From: Chloroflexota bacterium
GTDB taxonomy: Bacteria; Chloroflexota; UBA11872; VXOZ01
Direction: 5' to 3'
Assembly (NCBI GenBank): GCA_963663275.1
Contig: OY760183.1
Location: forward strand, 1,664,001 to 1,728,000
Length of the DNA stretch: 64,000 nt
Shown: positions 56,855 through 64,000 of the stretch, in pieces
Layout of the letters: every line of letters begins with the position of its first letter
Numbering within the stretch: position 1 is the stretch's first letter
Notes under the pieces: model-generated
Told to the model about the DNA's origin: nothing
Database searches by the model: none
Seen by the model: the letters and a program-made list of their open reading frames with translations, nothing else
Translations under genes and position numbers: made by a program

Positions 56855-58888
56855 CTACGTTGCGGCGGCCTGGGCGCGCAGCGTCTGCGGGTCTGTGGTG
56901 GGCCGCTTGCAGACGAACCGGCGGCAGACGTAGGCGGTCGCTTGGCCGTCAACTTGCGGCCGCTCCGCCAGCAGCGGGATTGCCTGTGCCGCCGCCGCGT
57001 CTTCAGGATCGCGCGCCGCGAGCACGATGTCCGGCGCGTACTGCTCGTTGATGCTGTCCAAGAGCGCCTGGGTGTCCCGCGCCCCGGGAGCGCCCACGAC
57101 AGCGACTTCCTTGAGCGGCGCTAAGAGGCTGTCCGCCGCGCAGAGCATCCGCCCAAAGGCGCTTGGGGCTTTCGCCAACGCTTCCGCTTGCAGGCGGAGC
57201 GCCGCCTCCACCGGCTCAAGGTACGCGCCGTCGCCGGTGTAGGCATGGACCCGCAGCAGGGCCTCGCACGCCAGGGACGCGCCGGCGGGCACGGCGTTGT
57301 CGTAGAGATTGCGCGGACGCACGATGAGTTCCTCGTGCCGCGTCGAGGTGTCGTAGAACACGCCGGCGCCGTCGTAGAATTCGCGCAAGACGGTGTCGCA
57401 GAGGCCGCGCGCCGCGGTGAACCACCTGGTATCGAACATGGCCTCGTAGAGCGCCAGCAACCCGACGGCCACGCCGCCGTAGTCCTCCAGAAACCCCAGT
57501 CCCGCGGCCTTGCCGGGCGTGTAGGTGTGGGCAAGGCGGCCGTCCTGCACCATCGCGCTCAGCAAGAATTCGCCGTTGGCAACAGCGGTTTCGCGGTCCG
57601 CGGGCCGCCCCAACTGGCGGGCGGCCTGGGCGAACGATTGGAGCATGAGGCCGTTCCAGCCGCTGATGACTTTCGTGTCGGTCTCCGGCTTGACGCGCCG
57701 CGCCCGCGCCTGCAAGAGTTGCGGGTTCAGCACGTTCCGCACGCGAGCAACATCCTCCTCGCTAAGGCCCGCCTCCGCGCCGCCGCCGAGGAAGAGGATG
57801 TTCTTCCCCTCGAAGTTGCCGTTGGGCGTCACGCCGTAGTAGCCGCAGAAAAGCCGGGCGTCTTCCGCGCCCAGCGCCGCTTCGATCTCGGCAGGCGTCC
57901 AGACGTAGAACTTGCCCTCCTCGCCCTCGCTGTCGGCGTCCTGGGCCGAGTAGAAGCCGCCCTCCGGCGCGGTCATCTCCCGGCGCACGTAGTCCAGGGT
58001 CTCGCAGGCGATGCGCTCGTAGAGCGGATTGCCCGTGCGCATGAAGGCGTCCAGGTAGAGGCGGCTGAGCAGAGCGTTGTCGTAGAGCATCTTTTCGAAG
58101 TGGGGCACCAGCCACTGCGCGTCCACCGAGTAGCGGTGGAAGCCGCCGCCGAGTTGGTCGTAGATGCCGCCAAACGCCATGCTGTCCAGGGTCTTGGTGA
58201 TGGCGTTGAGCACGGTGAGGTCCTGCGCGCGGTGGTAGCGGCGCAAGAGAAACTCAAGCGACATGGCCTGGGGAAACTTCGGCGCGGCGCCAAAGCCGCC
58301 GTGAATTGGATCGTAATTGGCCTGGATGGCTTCCCCCGCCTCTCTGATGGTGGTGAGCGTGAGCGTAGAGGGCGCGAGGTCGAAGGCGGTGTGCTCGGCG
58401 ATGAAGTCGCGCAGTTTCTCCGACTGCTCTTCCACTTGGGCGCGGCGCTGCTGCCAGGCGTCGATCACCGCTTCCATCACCTGCCGGAACGACGGCATGT
58501 TCATGCGCGCCACGGGTGGAAAGTACGTGCCCCCAAAGAAGGGCTTGCCGTCCGGCGTCAGAAAGACGGTGAGCGGCCAGCCGCCTTGCCCGGTGAGGCC
58601 CTGGACGGCCTTCATGTAGATGTCGTCCAGGTCGGGGCGCTCTTCCCGGTCCACTTTGATATTGACGAAGTGCTCGTTCATGTAACCGGCGGTCTCGGCG
58701 TCTTCGAACGACTCGTGCGCCATGACGTGGCACCAATGGCACGAGGAGTAGCCGATGGAGAGGAGGATCGGCCTCTCTTGCTCCGTGGCGGCCGCGAGCG
58801 CCGCTTCTCCCCAGGCGAACCAGTGCACGGGATTGTCGGCGTGTTGCAGGAGGTAGGGGCTGGTCTCGTCGGTCAGGCGGTTGGACAT
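56855..58888 (-). CDS. YyaL/SSP411 thioredoxin-domain protein
   Basis: [48 protein letters not shown]. Confidence 0.93.
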   Translation of the reverse strand: MSNRLTDETSPYLLQHADNPVHWFAWGEAALAAATEQERPILLSIGYSSCHWCHVMAHESFEDAETAGYMNEHFVNIKVDREERPDLDDIYMKAVQGLTGQGGWPLTVFLTPDGKPFFGGTYFPPVARMNMPSFRQVMEAVIDAWQQRRAQVEEQSEKLRDFIAEHTAFDLAPSTLTLTTIREAGEAIQANYDPIHGGFGAAPKFPQAMSLEFLLRRYHRAQDLTVLNAITKTLDSMAFGGIYDQLGGGFHRYSVDAQWLVPHFEKMLYDNALLSRLYLDAFMRTGNPLYERIACETLDYVRREMTAPEGGFYSAQDADSEGEEGKFYVWTPAEIEAALGAEDARLFCGYYGVTPNGNFEGKNILFLGGGAEAGLSEEDVARVRNVLNPQLLQARARRVKPETDTKVISGWNGLMLQSFAQAARQLGRPADRETAVANGEFLLSAMVQDGRLAHTYTPGKAAGLGFLEDYGGVAVGLLALYEAMFDTRWFTAARGLCDTVLREFYDGAGVFYDTSTRHEELIVRPRNLYDNAVPAGASLACEALLRVHAYTGDGAYLEPVEAALRLQAEALAKAPSAFGRMLCAADSLLAPLKEVAVVGAPGARDTQALLDSINEQYAPDIVLAARDPEDAAAAQAIPLLAERPQVDGQATAYVCRRFVCKRPTTDPQTLRAQAAAT

Positions 58889-59104
58889 TGTCGCTCTTTC
58901 TGCTTGAGCATGGCTATGGGCGTGAATAGTGCTGCCGGGCGCAAGGGTGCGCACCCGGTTTCACATTCATCGTGACAGATGGGTATGCCGCGCGGCAAGC
59001 GCCGGCCGGTGGATTGCCGGTGGCGCCGCCCCAAATCACGCGCGGGATCAGTCTTGGCGCAGTCTCCTGCAAGTAGTGGTATTGAGCGCGGTCGGCGCCC
59101 TTTT

Positions 59105-59287
59105 CCCCCTCACCCCGGCCCTCTCCCCAGGGAGAGGGGGTCTTTTCGCCTGCCGGGCCGGCTCTCCCGGAGAGGGAGCGAAGCCGCTTCTGGTCCCCTC
59201 TCCCGCTGGGAGAGGGTTAGGGTGAGGGTCTGCCATCTGCCTCACGCGTTTCCCCCTCACCCCGGCCCTTTCCCCCAGGGAGAGGGA
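59105..59287. repeat. Cluster of CCCTCACCC/GGGAGAGGG repeats in both orientations
   Basis: Copies at ~59105, ~59196 (reverse), ~59253; further copies at ~12915, ~30778, ~51408, ~53764, ~53827. Confidence 0.85.
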
Positions 59288-59407
59288 GTTTTCCTGCCTA
59301 TTATCCGGGTTTGCAGGGGTTTCCGGTGGGATATCAACGGGTCTTCGTTATTTGTCCGTTCCGGCGGGGGCGGGAGTATAATGGAAGAAAGGCAAGGAGG
59401 TATGGCG

Positions 59408-60739
59408 ATGCGAAGAGCGTTGCTGGGCGTTGTCGTTCTGGTTGCGGTTTTGCTCTCTGTGGAACAGGCGCTGGCGCAAGAGCGCACGGGCACGGTGGAT
59501 ACCGTCACCATTACCGGCGCTATCGATCCGGCGTCTGAGCGTCTTTTCGCCCGCGCCCTCGAACGCGCCATCGGCGACCAGGCGGAAGCGCTCATCGTTC
59601 TGCTGGACACCCCCGGCGGCCTGGACTCCTCCATGCGGGCGATGGTGCAGGGAATTCTGTCGTCGCCGGTGCCGGTAGTGGTGTTCGTCTCCCCGCAGGG
59701 CGGACGCGCGGCAAGCGCGGGAGTCTTCCTGGCGATGGCGGCGCACGTGGCGGTGATGGCGCCGGGCACGGACATAGGCGCGGCGCATCCGGTGACCGTG
59801 GGCGGCGGCCAGATTACCGGCGTGATGGACGACAAGGTGACGAATGAAGCCGTGGCGTACATCCGCAGTCTCGCGGAATTGCGGGGGCGCAACGCCGAGT
59901 GGGCCGAGCAGGCGGTGCGTTCCAGCCAGACCATGACCGCGCAGGAGGCGGTGGATGCCGGTGTGGTGGACTTCATGGCCCGCGACCTACCAGATCTGCT
60001 GGCGCAACTCGAGGGCCACCGGGTGCAGACGGCCTCGTGGACGCGCACGCTGGTGCTACGCAACGCGCCGCTGCGCGAGATGGAGTACAATTTCGCCGAG
60101 CAGGCGCTGAAGTTCATCGTCAATCCCAACACGGCCTACCTGCTGTTCCTGATCGGCCTCTACGCCGTGATCGCGGAACTCTACAATCCGGGCGCGGTAG
60201 TTCCGGCGGTGGTGGGGGCGATTGCCATCGTGCTGGCGCTGGTGGCGTTCGGCACGCTGCCCATCAACTGGGGCGGCGTGGCGCTGCTGGTGGTGGCCGC
60301 GGCGTTGATCGGCTTCGAGGCGCAGAATCCCGGTCTTGGCGTGCTCGGACTTGGCGGCGTGGCGGCGCTGGTGCTCGGCACGCTTTTGCTCTACCAGCCG
60401 CTCACCGCGCCGTTTGGCGGCCCGTTCTTCGTATCGCCCTGGGCGCTCGGCTTCATGGTGGCGCTCACCGTCGCGTTCCTTATCTTGCTGGTGCGGTTGG
60501 CCGCGCATTCGCAGAATGAGCCCCAGCAGTTTCGCGGCAGCCGGCGCATCGTCGGGCAGGAAGGCGTGGCGGTCACGGCGCTGGACCCGGAGGGCGTGGT
60601 GCGGGTGGCCGGTGAGGAGTGGTCGGCGCGGGCGCTGGGAGACGCGGTGGCGGAAGGAGAGGCGATCTGGGTCTATGAGGTGGACGGGCTGGCGCTGGTG
60701 GTTGGGCCGGCGCCGGAAATTCCGGTACTGTCGACGTGA
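59408..60739 (+). CDS. Long-form NfeD membrane serine protease
   Basis: LDTPGG, AASAG, IGAAHPV, GRNAEWA, C-terminal G.VRVAGEEWSA; GGAGG RBS before ATG 59408. Confidence 0.9.
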   Translation: MRRALLGVVVLVAVLLSVEQALAQERTGTVDTVTITGAIDPASERLFARALERAIGDQAEALIVLLDTPGGLDSSMRAMVQGILSSPVPVVVFVSPQGGRAASAGVFLAMAAHVAVMAPGTDIGAAHPVTVGGGQITGVMDDKVTNEAVAYIRSLAELRGRNAEWAEQAVRSSQTMTAQEAVDAGVVDFMARDLPDLLAQLEGHRVQTASWTRTLVLRNAPLREMEYNFAEQALKFIVNPNTAYLLFLIGLYAVIAELYNPGAVVPAVVGAIAIVLALVAFGTLPINWGGVALLVVAAALIGFEAQNPGLGVLGLGGVAALVLGTLLLYQPLTAPFGGPFFVSPWALGFMVALTVAFLILLVRLAAHSQNEPQQFRGSRRIVGQEGVAVTALDPEGVVRVAGEEWSARALGDAVAEGEAIWVYEVDGLALVVGPAPEIPVLST

Positions 60740-60848
60740 ACGTCCGCGGTCTCATTTGCCGTCAAGGGGCCCGGCCGCATGGGAGGCGCAAGGTGAAACG
60801 GCGCAGTCCGCATTGGTTCAACGTGCATGAAGGAGAGGGTCACGCGCT

Positions 60849-61778
60849 ATGAACGGTCAAGTCATTGGTCTGATAGTGGTTTTTACGCTACTGTTCATCT
60901 GGTTGGTCTACTCCGCGATCAAGATCGTGGCGGAGTACGAGCGGCTGGTAGTCTTCCGCCTGGGGCGCGTGCTGGCAGATCCGCGCGGGCCGGGCATCGT
61001 CTGGCTGTGGCCGATCATCGACCGGCCGGTGCGCGTAGACCTGCGCGAGCAATTCCTCGAAATCCCACAGCAGAGTTGCATCACCTCGGACAACGCGCCG
61101 ATTCTGATCGACTTCCTCATCTACTGGAAAGTTACCAATCCCCACGACAGTGTGGTGCAAGTGGCAAACTTCGCCGGCGCTTCGCAAGGTATCGCCACCA
61201 CCACGCTCCGTGCCGTGATCGGCGACATTTCCCTGGACGACGTGCTGGCCAAGCGCGAGCAGATCAACAACATCCTGCGCACGAAGCTGGATGAGGTGAC
61301 CGCCCGCTGGGGCGTGAAGGTGACGACGGTGGAAATCCGCGAGATCCTGCCGCCGCGCGAGGTGCAGGACGCGATGAACCGGCAAATGTCCGCCGAGCGC
61401 AACCGGCGCGCCATGGTCACCGAGGCCGGCGGCCAGAAGCAATCGGCCATTCTGGTGGCCGAGGGCGACAAGCAGTCCGAAATCCTGAAGGCGGAAGGCG
61501 ATCGCCAGGCCACCATCCTGCGCGCCGAGGCTGAGCGGGAGGCGCAATCGCTCCGCGCCGAGGGCTACGCCACCGCTATCGACCACGTCTACCAAATCGC
61601 GCAGACCGTGGACTCCAATACGATGCTCATCCAGTACCTGCAAACGTTGCAGAACATGGCGGAAAGCCCATCAACCAAGTGGGTGTTCCCGCTGGAGTTG
61701 GCAAAGTTGGCGGGCGGCCTGGGCGGAATTGCCGATTCGTTGCCGAACCAACCGCGCTCTAACGGCAGCGACTCCTGA
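60849..61778 (+). CDS. SPFH/stomatin-like protein
   Basis: EYERLVVFRLG, VDLRE, ITSDNA, TTLRAVIG, WGVKV, QMSAER. Confidence 0.92.
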   Translation: MNGQVIGLIVVFTLLFIWLVYSAIKIVAEYERLVVFRLGRVLADPRGPGIVWLWPIIDRPVRVDLREQFLEIPQQSCITSDNAPILIDFLIYWKVTNPHDSVVQVANFAGASQGIATTTLRAVIGDISLDDVLAKREQINNILRTKLDEVTARWGVKVTTVEIREILPPREVQDAMNRQMSAERNRRAMVTEAGGQKQSAILVAEGDKQSEILKAEGDRQATILRAEAEREAQSLRAEGYATAIDHVYQIAQTVDSNTMLIQYLQTLQNMAESPSTKWVFPLELAKLAGGLGGIADSLPNQPRSNGSDS

Positions 61779-61862
61779 GGCGGACCGCGGCGCGCGCGAG
61801 ACGGAAGATAAGAACATGGGGCCGGCCGGCAAGCCTCTGCTTCAAGCCGGTTTCTACCCGGT

Positions 61863-62168
61863 TCAGACGTGCTGATACCGCTCGACGCTGATGTCGTCTG
61901 CCCGGGCGCGCATCTGGGAAGCATCATGCCAGGCCTGCATACGCAGCAGCAGGTCCATGCTGACGTCGAACGCCTTCTCGATCCGCAGTGCCATTTCCGG
62001 CGATAGCGCCGCGTTGCCGTTCAGCAGGTCCGATAGCGTGGCGCGCCGGACGCCCAGGATGCCGGCGGCCTTGGTCACGTTCAGGCCATATTCCTCGATG
62101 ATCTCCGTGCGGATGAACTCTCCCGGATGCGCGGGGGTCATTTTCACTATGACTTCGTCGGCAGCCAT
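61863..62168 (-). CDS. higA: HigA-family antitoxin with no adjacent toxin
   Basis: HPGEFI, LGVRRATLSDLLNG, SPEMALRI, LLRMQ..HD. Confidence 0.88.
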   Translation of the reverse strand: MAADEVIVKMTPAHPGEFIRTEIIEEYGLNVTKAAGILGVRRATLSDLLNGNAALSPEMALRIEKAFDVSMDLLLRMQAWHDASQMRARADDISVERYQHV

Positions 62169-62181
62169 TAGTAATACTCCT

Positions 62182-63372
62182 TTAGCCGTTCTCGCCCGTG
62201 ACGACGCGGGCGGCGGCGAGGGCGTAGACCTGGGTGGCGGTTACCATCTCCGCGATGCTGATGCGTTCGTCCGTTGTCACCCGCCAGTTGCTCGGGCCAT
62301 AGACGATCGTCGGGATGCCGTGCCGCACGATGTCGGCGGCGTCGGTGACGTAACTGCTCACCGGCAGCCCGCTGGATGATTCCGGTTCCTCTCCCGTGAC
62401 GTCTCGGTGGGCTTGTGCCGTGAGCGCCACCACCTCCGCGTCGGCGTCGATGCGGAAGGGACGCTGGTAGACCAGGGTGCGCACGTCGGCGCGGAAGTCG
62501 GGGTCTTCTTCCCCGATGCCCGCGATGACCCGCCGAAAGTCCGCGGTGAGTGTATCGGCGGTCATGCCCGGGATGATGCGCACGTCGCCGCGCGCCGTGC
62601 ACGTTTCCGCCGTGCGCGAGGCTGCGGTGCCGCCGTTGATCTGGCCGACCACGAGCCGGGGCAGTCCCTCGATCTCATCGGCGGGGTCGAAGGTGAGCGC
62701 GCGCTCGTCCAGCGCGCCGAGCAGTTTCATCATCTTGGCGTTGGCGTCCACGCCGCCGTCGCGCCGGCTGATGTGCTCGGCAACGCCGTAGGTGGTCAGT
62801 TCGAATTGCCAGGCGCCGCCGTGGGCCAGTTGGAGGCGCAAGCCGGTAGGCTCCCCGTTAATGCACATGGCGAAGGGCCGATCGCTGGACTCCAGGAAGA
62901 ACTTGGTGCCCAGTCCGCACACGTCGTGATGGACGACGGCGGTGACCACCAGGTCGCCTGTTGGCCGCACGTCGGAGCGCGCCACCGCCTCGGCGGCTTT
63001 CACCAGGCAGGCCACCGCGCCTTTCATGTCCGTCAGGGCGAACCCGTAGAGGTACCCATCCTTCTCGTAGGAGTCGTACGGATCCCGCGACCACTCGCCC
63101 GCGGGCGCGCCGGTGTCCAGGTGACCGTTCAGCAGCAGATTCGGCCCCCCGCCGCTGCCGCGCACGACGCCGATCACGTTGGGCCGCCCCGGCACGACGT
63201 CTTGCAGATGCACTTCATCGAACGCGCCGGACGCGCGCATTTGTTCCGCCAGAAAGTGGGCAATCGGCCCTTCGTGGGGTATTTCACTGGGAATGCGGGC
63301 GAGGCCGGCGGCAAGCGCCACCAGTCCATCCGCGTCTACGTGAGCAAAGAGGTCGTCCGGGCGAATTGCCAT
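62182..63372 (-). CDS. M20 family (ArgE/DapE-like) protein with atypical metal-site motifs
   Basis: GRPNV, LLNGHLDT, DMKG, GEPT, DVRIIPG, YGP. Confidence 0.8.
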   Translation of the reverse strand: MAIRPDDLFAHVDADGLVALAAGLARIPSEIPHEGPIAHFLAEQMRASGAFDEVHLQDVVPGRPNVIGVVRGSGGGPNLLLNGHLDTGAPAGEWSRDPYDSYEKDGYLYGFALTDMKGAVACLVKAAEAVARSDVRPTGDLVVTAVVHHDVCGLGTKFFLESSDRPFAMCINGEPTGLRLQLAHGGAWQFELTTYGVAEHISRRDGGVDANAKMMKLLGALDERALTFDPADEIEGLPRLVVGQINGGTAASRTAETCTARGDVRIIPGMTADTLTADFRRVIAGIGEEDPDFRADVRTLVYQRPFRIDADAEVVALTAQAHRDVTGEEPESSSGLPVSSYVTDAADIVRHGIPTIVYGPSNWRVTTDERISIAEMVTATQVYALAAARVVTGENG

Positions 63373-63566
63373 GGTTCCTCACCTTGCGGTTATGCGTGAA
63401 TTTGGCCGCAACCTGGCTGCGGCGAATAGAATACCTGCGGCGCGCCACCGGCCGCTGTTGCCGACATTGACTTGCTTGCAAGTATACTGCGGAACAACCC
63501 GCTTTGTCCCGACGGAGGTGTTCGCATAGCCTAGGTAGCCAGGCCAAATACCCTCTTCCTGGTGAG

Positions 63567-63728
63567 AGGCTGAGAGGGGTATGTACTCCTAATTCGACTT
63601 CACTTGTCATTCCGAACGGAGCGGAGCGAAGTGAGGAATCTAATGTGCAGCCCTGCAAAACCAGCATCTTTAGATTCCGCGAACCCTGTTCGACGCTGCG
63701 CTCGGAATGACACTTAGATACCCCTCTC
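63567..63728. mobile_element. MITE family B-like element with damaged right end
   Basis: AGGCTGAGAGGGGTAT / ATACCCCTCTC; internal GTCATTCCGAAC...TCGGAATGAC pair. Confidence 0.55.
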
Positions 63729-63734
63729 CCTGGG

Positions 63735-63850
63735 GAGACCTTTGCATAACTCTGTCATTCCGGTGAAAACCGGAATCCAGAGCGCTTTTGCAACTAAACA
63801 TTGCATGGTTTCAAGCCATTTCACTCCCCATCCCAACCTTCCCCCCAGTG
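63735..63850. mobile_element. MITE family A, left part, interrupted by a family B element
   Basis: GAGACCTTTGCATAAC and body matching 51434 and 53905 up to CCTTCCCCCCAGTG. Confidence 0.85.
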
Positions 63851-64000
63851 GGGCTGACAAGGGTAGGCAATTGAATCGGCTTAACGTGTCATTCCGAACG
63901 GAGCGCAGCGCAGTGAGGAATCTGGAGTACAGCCCTGCACAATTAGCGCATTAGATTCCTCGCTCCGCTCGGAATGACACTTGCCTACCCCTGTCAGCCC
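63851..64000. mobile_element. MITE family B, 150 bp
   Basis: TIR GGGCTGACAAGGGTAGGCAA / TTGCCTACCCCTGTCAGCCC (19 of 20 match); internal inverted GTCATTCCGA...GGAATC pair. Confidence 0.85.

Noticed and set aside
58979-59407. Long N-terminal extension of NfeD through the repeats
   Set aside because: A signal peptide and GGAGG RBS support a start at 59408. The open frame only shows that the repeat can be stop-free.

Overview
GC-rich bacterial chromosomal segment, most likely from Chloroflexota. This is an inference from the EF-P KMGRG loop, the Tat-lipoprotein solute-binding proteins, the PhyH and ceramidase-like genes and the TPR proteins. It carries about 45 housekeeping and accessory genes: a 5'-partial dGTPase, tatA-spoIIM-pepP-efp-accB-like-drrAB, S41/M16 proteases, murJ, ppc, hflKC, ferritin, znuABC-like and opp/nik-like ABC systems, MMPL, accDA, nfeD/SPFH and an orphan higA. 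It also has two tRNAs (Arg-GCG, Gly-CCC), one complete IS30 and dense intergenic palindromic repeats. No CRISPR array or prophage was seen. Main observations: (1) a nested hierarchy in which MITEs insert into the loop of a REP-like hairpin, carry other repeats as cargo, and are themselves hit by a second MITE and by an IS30 that borrows its stop codon from the target; (2) the same REP-like repeat translated in-frame inside the dGTPase; (3) a ZnuA/AztC-type protein with an AztD-like propeller inserted in its His-rich loop, in a region with a duplicated Zur-like promoter cassette; (4) an AccB-like protein lacking the biotin lysine; (5) an MMPL-LysM fusion; (6) a coupled pair of membrane proteins with BON-like tails. 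All product calls come from motif recognition, not database searches.
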